Part shown: piece by piece, positions 11,801 to 25,277 of the stretch
Numbering within the stretch: the stretch's first letter is position 1
Layout: the number at the start of each line of letters is the position of its first letter
Source: Psammoneis japonica
Taxonomy: Eukaryota
Length of the DNA: 64,000 nt
Assembly: GCA_008632985.1 (NCBI GenBank)
Contig: QPGO01000015.1
Span: 745,998-809,997, forward strand
Direction of reading: 5' to 3'
The notes under the pieces: model-generated
Seen by the model: only the letters and a program-made list of their open reading frames with translations
What the model was told of the DNA's origin: nothing
The model's database searches: none
Position numbers and translations under genes: made by a program

Positions 11801-14289
11801 GGACAGAGAGTCCTGCCAAATTGATTTCCCAAAACTTGGCCAATGAGTTTCTGCTGTCCAAGTTGGGTCCATGATGATGTGTTGCAGTTGCATCATTGGA
11901 GTGCACAAAGTGACCCCGAATCTTCTCCGCTGCTCTTGTCATCTGAAAGATCTCCTGTGGTGACAATGTCCTGTGTCTGAGAGAGAAATGAGTGTGCCAA
12001 GTGTCGCTCTTGCCTTCACCCAATGCTCCATGGCTGCATTGCACTTGAACATCCAGACAGGATGTGCATCATTTCCACTTTCCCACAGATCTCCAACAGC
12101 TGCTGTTGTCAATTGAAGACAAGGACCTGCCGGAGTTGTTTTTGTTTTGCATTCTCCAGCCAAATCTTGATCCATGCAGGCCCAGTTTTGGGTTGTTGAA
12201 GCAAAGTGGGATCTCACAGTGCTCTCAGTTGGACACCTCTTTTGCATCATGCCATTCAGGTTCAGCACAATTTCCCTGTGCAATTCTGTGCATGATGGCA
12301 TTTTCTCTTGACCATTGTTTTTCACATTGGTTCACTCTTTCAAGCACCTCATCTTTAAAGACAGTCATGTGTTGAGTTTTTTCTGCACTGTGTTTGTTTT
12401 CAGTGGCTCCCATGTGGTGTGGCTGGGCTTCTCCATTTTTTCAAAACACAGCAACCTGGTTTGCCATGTGACAACAAGCATCCAGTCGGGTGCAGTTTCG
12501 ACTTAAAATTGTGGCACATGATGGGCACTTTTTTCTGACAATGTGCCAACAGTGTTTAAATCTGCCATGGTCAGCATTGGCGTTGGTGGTGGTGAGACAA
12601 TGGCACAACTGATTTCTTGCTTTGTCTTCTTTGGTGTCCTGTTCTGCAAGAGCCTCCTCCTCTTGATGATGGTGCTGCACTCTGCCAACATGGTTCCTTT
12701 TCCTGAGCTGCTCTTTTCTTGGCATCTTTTGGATCTCTTTCCAGAGCAACAACAGTGCAATGACTTGGTGGTTTGTTCATCAAGCAATGTTTCTTCTTCT
12801 TTGATGTCATCTTGGTGTGGTTGTCATGTGGAGTTTTTCTGTCATTTCCTTCTTGCCTTGAACCCAGTGCAGAGTCTGCAAGCCATGATTTCAAATTTTT
12901 CCCTTCTTGTTTTGACCTCAATTGTCACCAAGGTGAGTGCCCAGCACATCTTCTCTTGAACTTGTTGTGTTGAACCATCTCATTTCTTTCTGACACATTG
13001 CTCTTCTGCATTTGTTTTGTGGCAATGACAAGAATGAGATGCTTGTTGTGTGTTGAACAAAAGCTTGTCTCCCTCTCTGTCAAAAAAGCAGCAGCAGCAG
13101 CAGCACAGTCCAAATTGAAAGCAGCTCTGCCCTTGTTCATGGTTGCCATTGTTGCAACTTCTTCCCCCCTGCCCTGAAGTCATCCATTTTCACTTTGCTG
13201 CAGCTTGTGTTGAGGGGGACAAGGAATCACAGTCACAACTTTTGACAAAAGCAACACTCTTTTCCCCAGGTTTCTTTTGTGGCTGCATTGTGTGAATTGC
13301 TGTGCATTGCTTCCACCCTGTCTGCACTGTGCAAGGAGGAAGCCATGTCAAAAGTCAAGCCACCATGCAGGGTGTCAACACATGCTGCAAGAGCCAGGCT
13401 TGCAAGACTTGCATGCTCACAGTCTCTCTCTTGTTGGCTGACACCACAAAACACCAACAAAGGGACAAAAAGATGACACCCAAAAATTTTGTTGCAGTCT
13501 TCAGCCAAAACAATGCACGCTGCCCTCAAAAAGTTCCAAGAACCACCTGCTTGGGCCGCCAATTGCTGAACATGTTTTTGGCTGCCAAACAGACCACCAT
13601 TTGGGTTTCTTTCAGCTCACTCTTCCAAAAAGCCAAGAGCAACCAGTTGCTTCCACTGGCAGACAGTTCAACACTGTTGTTGACATGCCATTGAAGGAAA
13701 CTGTGTCTTTGGTTGCCCGTGCTCTCCAAGAAGACCTTGAAAAACAAAGAACAAGATGCTCCTGTCCCCACCACACCACAACAAGAGAGCACCCCACCTC
13801 AAGTGCTGTCAACAAGGTGCACTCCCACCCCACACCAAGAGCACACCCTGCTGCCCCCATCCACAACAAAAAGCTCTCTCTGTTGGTGCTGCCACTGCCG
13901 CTGCGTGTTCCAGCAGCACCCAAGCTAGCTGCACCATGCCTGTTCTGTCTGTGCACATCAGAGCACATCAAGACCTCCCCATCCTGCAGCCACAAAAGCT
14001 CCAATCAACAAGGTGAGTTTGCCAAGGTCATCATCAGCTTTGCAGCCACCAACCAACAGAGTTCTTGACATGATGCAACCTGCAAAAGCTCAGCAAAACA
14101 GCTGCAGCTGCTGCCTCCAAGTGCCACCTCAACATTGCACTTGCACATCACTGTGATGCACAAGGTGTGCAGAAAGTCAAGCCAATCCCCAGAGGTGTCA
14201 CCAGATTGTGCACTGCCCACCAACTGCAACAGTCAGACCAGCTCAACCATGGGACAGCAACACTTCTGGGATGGCTGGAGCATTGGTGC

Positions 14290-15140
14290 TGGGGCAACAC
14301 ACAGCCTTTGCACCATGATGTTGCTGAGGTGACAGCAAACCTTGAGGGCCCAGCCTTGTGTGGGTCAAGCCCCAATGACACTGTGCTGCCATGCTGCACA
14401 TGCAGAGGCCCCCTTTGCTCATGTGAATTTCCTCCTTCCAGAGTCACCCACTGCCACCCAAAGCTGCTTTTGTGATGGCATGTGTTGCAGCCACATGTCC
14501 AGTCAGGCAGGTGCATGGTGGTGCCCTTTGTTCTTGGAGCTTTTGAGGGTGGCATGCAGACCACAAACAATGCCAATGTGCCTTGCCAGCTGCCTCTGGC
14601 TGTTGCTGGTTGGTCTTGCCCCAACAACCAGAGAGCTTTGCAGTTCTGCACAACTGCCCCACTTTGCACACACTGGCTGCTGCTGGCTTGGCTCAAATGC
14701 TGTCAAGCTGGGCAAGCAAACACTGCGTGATGCAAACACACTGTGCACCTTGGGGGTCTCAGCCATTTGTCATGTTGCTGCAGTGTTGTGGTGACTGGCA
14801 ACCCCTCGCATCTCATGATGTTGCTGACATGGCTGCAAATCTGGAGAGCCTGGTCTCTCAGGTCAATCCCTTGACAATGGCACACTGCAGTGCAGCGCAT
14901 TGCAAAGAATTTGCCCCTCAATGTCTCCCCCCCTTGCATTTCCTTGTGTGAATCTCCTCCTTCCAGAACCACCCACTGCCATCTAAAGCTGCATCCATGA
15001 TGGTGCATGCTGCAACTGCGTGGCAACCAGGCAGATGCATGGTGGTGCCCCCTTTGTTTCTGGAGCTTTTGTTGGGATGTGGCATGCATGCAGACCACAG
15101 ACAATGGGGTTGGATGGTCTTGCCCCAACAACCAAGTGCT
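14290..15140. repeat. Internally duplicated degenerate repeat unit, with a further copy at about 23630-24200
   Basis: Shared strings gcatggtggtgccc...ggtggcatgcagaccacaaacaatg, cattgcaaagaatttgcccctcaatgtc and ttggctcaaatg at about 14510, 14900-15100 and 23640-24130. Confidence 0.75.
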
Positions 15141-17441
15141 GCTCTTGTCACTTTCTTTGGTGAAAAGGTCAGAACAAGGGCTTGTGCAAGAAAAATGATG
15201 TGCCCTTTCTCACCCCACAACATCAGGCACAGCTGGTTGACTCAAGGCCTCAGACAACCTTGTGGCAAAGCAGCAGTGCAGAAGTGCTGGAGCTGTGCAG
15301 ATGCTCAACAAGCTGGGGGCAACACACTGGTGACCAAGGCAAGAAGACTCCCATCCAGAGACCTTCCCAGAGCTCCAAGTGACCAAGTTGCTTCAGATTT
15401 GCAAGATCTTTGTCTTGCCCAGCCACCCAACAAGGTTGGTGCCCACACTGTTGTGGCCCAGAATGCCTCAATTGCTGATGTGAAATGAGGCAAGCATTCA
15501 GAGCAGTTTTGAGGCACACATCATGGTGCCACCAGCCACCAAGCCAGTGAGCCCAGGATTTGCAAGGAGCAGTCAAAACATTCTCACACAAGGGGCCAAC
15601 TTTTTTGTTTGGCTTGTCAGTGCTGGAACAATCACAACAAATTTGCCCACAGGCTGCACTGCATCTGCTGCACATTCATGGTGGTGAAAACCACCTGCAA
15701 AGCAGCACCCCCAAAGCTGCAATTGAGAAACCCCATGCAACACACCTCTTTGATGGATCTCAAGAGTGTGCTCCCTCACTGCAACAACTGGCACCATGTG
15801 TGTCTGGCAACCTGCACTTTGCTGACACACACACAAGGGCTCTGGCATCTGTGAAGACAAGGACTTGTGCAGTGGAGCTGTAATGCTGTTCTCAGATCAT
15901 GCTGCTCCACCAGTTTTGGTGACAGCAGAACAGACACCATGACCCCGCCTCAGTTTTTGGTGCAGTGAAAGCACAGGTTTTGAGCCTGAGGTGAAAGGAA
16001 ACTTTGCACCACATTGCCAGCTGCCCCTCCACTTCAGCATTGGCGCCACTGGGACAGTGGCAGACCTTGCCAACAGCAATGCAACCCTTGTGTGCTCAAC
16101 CATGGAGCAGCCACATCCACTTGAACAACTCACAATGAGCAGAGTCCCCCCTCAATGACACCTGAGCTGCACTTCAATGTTCAATGCTGCTGCCAACTTG
16201 TGCAAACAGACACGCATGTTGGCTGCTTTGTCAGAGCTGCCCAGGAACAGAGCACCCAGAGCAGAGTGCACCCTGCTGCAAATGTTTGTTCACACAGCCC
16301 ACCATCAATGAAACTCAACACCCACAGGATGAACAAGATGATGGTGCTGAGTTGACATGCACAAGAAACCAAGAACTCCGCAAGAGCAACACTGTGTGGC
16401 CCACACAAAAAAAGGCTCTCTCTCCTGTCCTGGCTTGTTGACACACATTCAATGACCCCAGCTGTGACTTGCATCTTGCTGCCACTCACCTGTCCATGCA
16501 ACACAGTCTTGAAGGACTGCCCCAAGCCAGAAAGTGTTGCTGCCTGCAGCTGTCACACCAGACCCTTCAAGAGTTGTGTGTTTCCTTGTGCCATGGCTGT
16601 GCTTGGATGCTCTGCCAGAGGCTTTTTCTTGAAGTTCCAAGAAGCTCCAAGCCATGCAGCCCTGGGTGCACAAAAGCCTGACTCACTGAAAATGTGTGCA
16701 CAATTTTGGACAACTTTTGTCCCCTTGTAAAGACCCCAATGCATGCCCAGCATGAGTGCAAGAGCTTGCTTCCCTCCAACTAACTGCACACAGCTCTGTC
16801 ACAACACTGCAGGCCATCATGAGCAGGTGGTGACACACTGCCAACTGCCACCAATGTAGATCAGCTTGCCATCACACATCCAATGAGACACATGGCCCAT
16901 TGCACACTGCACACCATTTCCTGAGGACATTGCCAACAATCTTGCTGCACTCAAAAAGTCAATGGTGCCACCATCAATGTGGGCTTTGACTTGGTTGGGG
17001 CACTGTCCTGTTGTGTTTCATGGTGACCAGCAACATTGGCCTTCAAGAACACACACACACATGTCTCAACCACACAGGCAACTTCTTGGGGGGCATTTGG
17101 TGGCAGCAAAAGGGCTTCACCACACCACACTGCAAAGCTTGCCCACCAAGCTCCTGTGATAAAAAGCAGGCCACCAGCACTGCTGCCATGACATGAGCAG
17201 CCAGTGCAGCTGTTGCCCAATCTCCCAAATTGAGCTGACAATGATGAGTCACATGTGTGCCTTGCCAGCACTGCTTTTTCTTCCATTTCACCATCATGCA
17301 TTTTGCCCACAACAGAGCAAGCCTTGATGGTGCACTCCTTTCTGCTGACCTTGATGCTGCACAGCGCACCATCCAACATTGTTGTGTGCCAGCCTTCTGC
17401 TCCAAACTAGCCATGACCCCCCATTGTCTTCTTGCAAGTCC

Positions 17442-19543
17442 AGGTTGGTTGGTCAGATCAATTGTCTGTTGAAGCAAGAAGGAGGACCCTCCTCCTGGCC
17501 AGGCAAAACCAGTCCCTGCAGCAGTCCTGTGAGCTGGATCTCACCCCCCTTGTTGGTGGAAAAGCTGGCACTGACATGACTGCTGTCCACATTGCCCATC
17601 TTTTCAACATGTGGCCTGGCAAGCACTTGACCACCCCACCCAAGACAGCAACACTGCTCTGCATGCAGCAGACACATGCTTGTTTGCAGGTGGCATTTGC
17701 CCAGACATCTCTTTGCTGCCCCTGAAGCTCACCTTCATGATGCAACCTTCATTTCATTGACCTTTGCCACCCAGGCCAGAGGAGTGCCACACAAAGAGAG
17801 TCGACAGCACCAGGTTGCTCTGGGTGCCCAGATTTGTGCCTGGTGGCACAAGCTGTTGTGAAACAAAGGCCAGCAGTGCTGCACCTGCAAGCACACAGCA
17901 CATTGCCTGACACTCCTTTGTTCCTGTGTGCTTTCAGGCTTGACCCACTCAACATCTCCAGCTTTTGCTTCAGGAGGGCAGCCAGCACTGCTGCTGGCAC
18001 TTTTGTGCACCCATGCTTGTCAGACTCTTGAGCTGCTGGCACTCTGACAAAATGCTCCACACCAGCATCTCCACCTGCAGGCAGAACTGGCTGGTCATGA
18101 ACAATTTCAAATGAGTGCCATGCTTGCAACTTTGTGCTAAATTCCAACATGGATGCCCCAGCTTCTCCCAACAACACCCTCAAAATCCTCACCAGTGCCA
18201 TGCACCACAGCCCTTCACCACCAGCCAATCCTCCCCCAGAGCAGCTGGTGCTTGGTTTTCCATTTGCACCAGGAGCATTTGCAAATTGTGTGCAGACCAG
18301 AGCTGGGGCGGGGCTCTGCCACCCAATTCCAGGGGTGCTGGACTGAGTGTGGTGGCCCCAACTGCACTGGCGCATGGCCATCTCCACTCCTGCACAAACT
18401 GAATGGCTCTGTTTCCCAGCTGGCCTCCCTTTGCTGCTTGAGAGCATGCAACCAGCACACCCTTGGATTCCACCATTGGCGCACTTGCCTGAAGTTTTGA
18501 CAGCAGGGTGAGCAAGAAAAAGAGCAGTGTGACAAGCACAGTCCCTGTAAAGTCCCAACACCTGTGACAGGCCCAGCACCCACCTGTTCAGGCCACCACA
18601 GGTTGAGAGTGTTTTTTGGCTGACATGCCATGTGTGAGAGACTCCGCTGGTTGTTTTGGTTTCTTTCAGCTTGTTGTTCTTCCAAAGAATGGCTGTGAGA
18701 GAGCAACCAACACTTTGGTTGAAAGAAAGTTTTGTGCTCACACAACTCTCACCCTCTCTGGCCCTGCCAGCTCATGGCTTTGGGAGAAAGCTCTGGTTTG
18801 GTTTGCTGCTGCTGCTGCTGTGTGCTGGCTGGCAGCACTTGAAGTCACAAGCCAGGTGCTTTGCACAAAAAAGTGTCCATCAGCTGTTCTTCTTGTTGTT
18901 TCCCAAAGAATCTTGATGCCAGATTTAAGAATGGCATTTTGCTTCTTGCTGCAAGCCAGCTGTGCCTGCCCATGGTGTCCACTGGAAGTCACAAAGTGCA
19001 AGAGCAATGCAGATTTGTTGCACACAGAGAGCCAGATGTGAGCGTGCTGCTGCGGGAGTGCTCTGCAAGCAAGCTCTCCAGCAAGAGGCCATGGCACCAC
19101 AACAGATCAATCAGGGTCAGCATGTCACCTGGCCAGTTGTGCAAGAAGTGCACAGTGGCTCTGCTCCTCCTCTGCTCTCAGCAAAAAAAAAACAGGACAT
19201 TTGAACATGGCGCTGAATTTCCAAGTGGCTGCTGGGCTGCACAAAGCTTTCTCTGCTTGTGGTGGCTTTTTAATTGCCACAACACCAGACAATAACTTCA
19301 AGCAAGAGCCATGGGGTGCAGCAAGGCACCAAAAAGAGAAAGCTGCAAGAGAAAAAAGAGAGGGAAGAAGCTGCTCCTGAGCATCCAAACCATGGCACTT
19401 GGCAATGAATGGGCAGAAGTGCAGAGCACATTTTTTGAATTTTAGAAATGTGAAGCAGAAAGCAGTGGCCACCCTCCCAATGTAATGGGAGGTCAAATCT
19501 TTTGTTGGGATCCCAGCAGGTTGGATGGAGCAGACCAGATTGA
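17442..19543. repeat. Copy A of a long unclassified repeat; copy B is at 26782-28446
   Basis: Colinear with copy B from aggttggttggtcaga to ggag(c/t)agaccagattga. Confidence 0.85.
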
Positions 19544-19545
19544 CA

Positions 19546-22500
19546 AACTGTTGGTGGAGAAATCACTCCTGTGACACATTGAAGTCTCTGTCAGGTTATG
19601 AGCTCATGTTGACCTCTGCCGTTGCACGCAGCAGCGCCTCTGAGAAACCTCCCCACTGTTTGAGTCTGTCCGTTGTTGGACAGACAAAGTGGCTGACGTG
19701 TTTTTGGCTTGCTTTCCAGAGGCTAAGACTTTGGAACGATGTCTGCAACATGCTGAAGACATTTGCAGAAGACTGAGAGATCCGCTTGAGGATCTGCTCA
19801 CAATTTGAGTGAACTGCTGTTTTGTCACTGATTTGTTCTGTTGAGACACTTTTGGCACTTTGTCAGAGCCAGCCTCTGACTGTCTGAGACTGTGGCATTT
19901 GCTGCAGCGCAAACTACCTTTTTCTTTGAGGACAATGACCACATGGGTTTGCCCAACTCAACTTGTGTGCAGCTGGCAGTCGAAGGATTAGAGCAGGTGA
20001 ACAACCTCAATGACTTCAATGAGGACAGTCTCACTCAAGTCTTTGAGAACCTCAAGCATCCTGGAGGCACCATTCAAGATCCCAATCCCGGTGCAGCTGC
20101 TGGAGCTGTCATTCAGACACCAGCATTTGTCACAGGTGCGAAGAGTGTGGTGTGCCTCAAGGTTGCAAGACAAGTGGCGCACAGTGCTGTGAAACTGTTG
20201 GCCGTGATTTGTCGGCAGCCAACATGCATTGGAACCCTGTCCTCAGGAACTTTCAAGAAGCATGGAAGGCGCTGAAGGGCAGGAAGAGTGAAGATGATCC
20301 AGAAGTCCCAAGGACTCCCGATTGTGAAGTGGGTTGAGGCTTTTCATGATCACCTGCAACACATGATCAGAACTCGGACTGCTCCACTTTCATGCACAAC
20401 CAGAGAAATTGTTGATGTCCACACAATGGCTCCACCACTGGCCATGAAACAACCCCACTCAGAAGAACACGGTTCTCTCAAAGATGGGCTTGTGGCTTGA
20501 GCCAGGCACACTCATCCTCTGTTTTGAGAAGACAACTCCACGGTGTGTCATTCCCCAGAGGAAGCTGCTGCCCATGGGACCTCCTGCACAGATTCAATCA
20601 AGCCTTTTCAGCGCAGGAAGGATGGAAGGGGTGCATGGATTGCACTGATGGCACAACATGCTGGCAAAGACAAATGGGTGGCTGAACTCAAGAAGCAAGA
20701 GGACTTCATCCACAATCAAAAATGGAGAGCCCAATCGAATTTCTCCCTTGACCAATTCGTCTCTCAGCATTGCAATGCCTTTGTCTCCATGCAACAGTGT
20801 GCTGAACATGTCACCTTCCAACTCCCAAACAAGTGCACAAGAGTCACGCACCTCTTGGATGCCATTGAGACTTCTGATGCTCCATTGCAGGCTGTGATGG
20901 CTCTGGCCCGCAATGACACAGGATCAAATGGAAAACAAAACAATTTTGAGGCAGCAGCAGCATGTGTCTTGCCTTGTGACCCTGTGGCCAAGAAACAAAC
21001 TGCAAAATGGCCTCACGCTGAGGTGTCTGAAATTGACTCCAGCACCATTGAGTCAGGTGTTGGCAAATCAGGTGTGGAGCCATGCTGCCACACTCACTCT
21101 GAGTGCCAACAATTGAATTCTGAACAAAAGGCCAAACTGAAGGAATGGCACTGCTTGGAGGTTTCTTCTGCCATGAAAAAGAAGGATGGCAAAACCAAGC
21201 CACCGCCGGCTGGTTCACAGAAGAAAATCAAGAAGATGATTTTGGAAGCTGTGGCCCCCGAGCTAGCTTCTCACCAGAAGAAAGAAGAGAAAGCCAAAAT
21301 TGAGTCAGAAGAAGCCAAGGCAGGCACCTGCCTGCTTTTCCTTGTCCAGGCAGCATCACATCAGGCTCCTGCTCCTGCTGCACCGTTGCCTCCTCCACCA
21401 CCACCGACAGCATCAACGGCCCCGGCTCAAGGTGGGTTGGTTCAGTTCAAGCCACCATCGATCTTGTTGCAGTCGATCCTGCAATGTGCCGGGAGCAAGA
21501 AATGAAATGTTGGGACGGCACTGTGTTCTGATGTCTCTTTGCTTGAGGGGAGAAAATGTGCCATCTGTGCCATGGAATCACAGTCATTGATTCCCAATCA
21601 TTCTGTTCTAAAATTCATTGCTCGTTGTGCAATCTCTGATGCTGCTGCAGAGACAATCAAAGAGACTCAAGACAAGAGTGAAAGCACTGAATTGAACTCG
21701 CATGCCAACATGGTCATTGTTGGCAAGGGTTCCTGTGCACTGAACAACACTGGTCACGTGGCTCAAGTCAGTCCTTTCAATCCAGAGTGCAAATCAATGA
21801 AAGATGTCAGGATTGTTGACACTCTCTTGGCATGCAACTGCCCATGCTCTCTGAAAACTTGCTTGCTGGTCCCACACAACGCCCTGCATGTTCTGGTGAT
21901 GGACCACAATCTGTCACCACCTTTTGTGCTGCACAAAGCAGGGGTGGTTGTCAATGGCATTCCCAAAATGCAAGTCCAAGGGTGGGACCAACAGAGGATG
22001 ATCATGCTCTTGTGTTCCTGGAATTGAAAACAAGGATCCCATTGTCTCCATGGGGCACATTCTTGCACTTTCCATCCAGATGACCTGCGATTCAGGAGAT
22101 GCAAGACACCAAAGATGCACTGGTTCTAACTCCATCCAGGCACTCCTGGAATCCTCATTCAGACTCCCATGCTTGCAATGAGGAAAGCATGTTGAACTTG
22201 GAAGGGAGCACATCTGACAAACAACATTGAATCATGATTTTGGTTGAAGACCTGTCTGACTGTCGCTGTCCTCTGTGATGTCAAGTGTTGAGTCTGGGAT
22301 TGTTGACTCCAAGTTGTCAGTTGTTGATTGCTTTGAGGCCAGTGATGACTTGAGTGGATGCCCAGGAGTCATGCAGGAAGCTGACAATTCCCACGTTGTT
22401 GTGTGTGACATTTCTGCCACTCTCAGCCCCGTCTCACTTGCTGAAGGCTCACAGGATCAACGTGACATTGGGGTTTCTGCATCTTCAGTGGGATCCATGA

Positions 22501-23620
22501 TGGTGGGACTGGAAGATGACTCAGATTGAGATGACAATGTTGATTTTGATGTTTTCAAGGATGTCCAACTCAAAGACATTGTTGAAGATCTCATGGGGCA
22601 TTTAGAATCTGATCCCAAGGTCCATGTTGAAGGAACCACTGCATCCAAGTCTGAAGGTGCATCTCCAGAACACTTGTCCAAGATCTGGAGGACAAGCACC
22701 AAGGATGCTGAGTGGACCATCAACATCACCACACAACTCCTTTGGTGTTCTCAAGACCCAGCTTTTTTGAGAAACTGTTCCACAAATGACAGGATGCTGC
22801 AGCATCACCAAATTGCCCAGCACTTCTTCATGGGTGCTTTCTTTGCAAGTGAGAAGGCTGGCAAGTCAACTCAAGGGCACTCGTGCATGCAGCCATTTGT
22901 TGCTGACAAGGGATTTGTCCATGCGGTGCTGATGCATGCCCGCTCTGAGATTCCCAAGGCACTCAAGACGTTTGCCAAGAAAGTGGGTGCACTGGAGGCA
23001 ATTGCACATGACAGCGATCCAGCACAGAAATCCAACAAGATTTGACAGTTTCTTCATTCCATTGGAGCCAGCCTTTGGCCATTGGAGAAAGGAAAACCAT
23101 GGTTGAATCATGCCAAACTCCATGTTGGCTTGCTCAAAGAAGCAGTGCGCAAGGACATGAAAGAGTCCTTGTGTCCTTTGCCTTTCTGGGATTGCTGCTT
23201 TGAGCAATGGGCGTGAATCAACAACTTGATGGCCCGGAACCTGTTTCAACTTGAGGGGAGAAATCCACATTTCTCTGTGACAGGGGAGGAAGGCAACACC
23301 CCAGTCTTGCCCAGTTTGGATGGCATGAATGGCGCCATTTCTGTGAGCACACCAACTCCTTTCCACTCAATTGTGAGGCCCTTGGACATGTGCTGGGTCC
23401 TGCAAAAGGAAAAGGGAATGACATGGCTCAGTGGGTGCTGAAGGGAAATGGGAGTGTTGTTCCATGACGTTCTGTCTGACCCCTTTCAGTTGCCGAGTTG
23501 AACAGCGACACTGAGAAATGCAAGCATGAGATTTTTGACCAATGCATTGAATTGCACTGGGGCTCTGCGGCTCATCCTGTGTCTTCTGCAGGCAAGCAGT
23601 TTCTTCCATGTGGAGACAAA
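19546..23620 (+). mobile_element. Truncated, degenerate Ty1/Copia (diatom CoDi-type) LTR retrotransposon: gag, protease and integrase; RT and RNase H absent
   Basis: LTR end tca at 19591-19593 followed by the copia-type internal tRNA-Met PBS ggttatgagc. Gag SIKPFQRRKDGRGAW...AGKDKW. Protease TELNSHAN. Integrase RNCSTNDRML...DKGFVH...KALKTFAKKVG. Confidence 0.9.
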
Positions 23621-24875
23621 GATGAAAAGGTGCACAGCACATTGCAAAGAATTTGCCCCTCAATGTCCACCCCTTGCCTTGTCACAACTGCATGGCCAAT
23701 CAGGCTGGTGCATGGTGGTGCCCCCTTTCTTTGTTGCAGCTTTTTTTAGGGTGGCATGTGCATGCAGACCACAAACAATGTCAGTGTGTCTTGCTGTCTC
23801 CATCTGACTGTGGGGTTGGCTGAAAAGATGCACCCATTCTCCCCCCCCCCACACACACACACAACACCGGGCACAGCTGGTTGTCTCAATTGCTCCTGCC
23901 TCCTCCTCTCATGGGGCATGGAGTGTTGGAGGAAGACCACCACCAGGCAGGCAGGTGAGTTTTTGGCAGTTGGCTGCATTTGATGATTCAAGTCCAAGAG
24001 CCAACCTCTTGTTGTTGCTGCCACAGGATGGTGTGGCAGAGCTGCCAGCCCACAGACAGAGAGTTTCACAGGCCAGCAGAGAATGGCCCCATTTGGTGCA
24101 GGCAGGTTGTTGCTGGTTTGGCTCAAATGTTGTGTGGTGCAAACATGCTTTTCCTTGGAGGTCTCAGCCACTTGTGTTGTGTTGATGTGCAGTGCAGCAG
24201 AGGTGACTGGGGGGGGGGGGGCTTTGAAAAGCCTGCATGCACCCAGTCCACAGGGTGCTTTGTGGATGCTGCACAAGTGCCAGGAGGAGCCCTCATCATC
24301 ATTGCCACACAACTCACCATGGGTCCACAAAAAGTCAAAGCAAGTTGGTCAGGGGTGTGTGCCAGTGTGTGCTTGCAAGCACATCAATCATCAATGTTTT
24401 GCACAAAGACATGTTGGGTTGCACCAAGAAAGGCTTTGAGGACCCCCCCATGCAACAGAAAAATTTTGGTGGGTTGGAGTGAGGGAAATCATCCTTGGAC
24501 TTCAAATGCACTGCGTTCTGTGCCACACATCTCCCACCATGCAATGTGCTCCTGACAACATCTGCAAGGACATCAATGAGCTTTGTCAACACCAGCACTT
24601 CTTCTGCAACCACATGATGGGAAAGATGGAGCATGGCTTCATTTGCAAACTTTTGACTCCTTGTTCCTTCAAAGGGAGGGACAATGCCCCATCACTCTGT
24701 GCCTGTGCCAACCCATCATGCAAAAGTGCACCCCAGACCTGGATGACAACAAGATCCTTGCCCCACTCACTCATTGCATCAACAACAAGTGGAATGGCAT
24801 GACATCTCATGTCATCACATTTCCAAAGAAATGTTGCACTCAGGTCATGCATGTCATGAACAACCTTGTTCCTGA

Positions 24876-25277
24876 GGCTCGGTGCACAGGCGAACCATGA
24901 TGGATTGGATCGCCGGATCAGATTGCGTCAGAATTCCGTCAGTCGACAGGTGGAACTGGATTGGATCGTGGATCGGATTCGACATTTTGATGAGTCGCAA
25001 AACAACACAAGTTTCAAGATTGTGCTGCCCTGTGTCACAACTGTGTGATGTTGTGCCATTGTCATGATGATGGCATGGAATCTTCCAAACTCAATCCGAC
25101 ATCTGATCTGGATTTTCGGATCCGATTTTGCTCCAAAGACCATCCAATCCGAGATGGTGGATCAGTCCCACAAAGGCCACAGATCAACTTTTTGACTTGA
25201 TGGACCAATGTTTTAATGGGTTGTGAAGGAGTCGATCTGGTGATCCGATCCAGCTCGGTTCACCTGCAGACCAAGCC
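24876..25277. mobile_element. PIF/Harbinger-type (Tourist-like) MITE, 402 bp
   Basis: Imperfect TIRs of about 45 bp (ggctcggtgcacaggcgaacc...ggatcgccggatc and gatctggtgatccgatcc...ggttcacctgcagaccaagcc). 3 bp TSD tga on both sides. Many internal ggatc/gatcc motifs. Confidence 0.75.

Noticed and set aside
16962..17159. Helicase motif in VVFHGDQQHWP
   Set aside because: A single weak motif with no Walker A/B support in degenerate sequence.
11850..19500. Dozens of Cys/His-rich ORFs as metal-binding or novel proteins
   Set aside because: They overlap in all frames and follow from TG/CA enrichment and loss of TAA/TAG; no coherent domain is visible.
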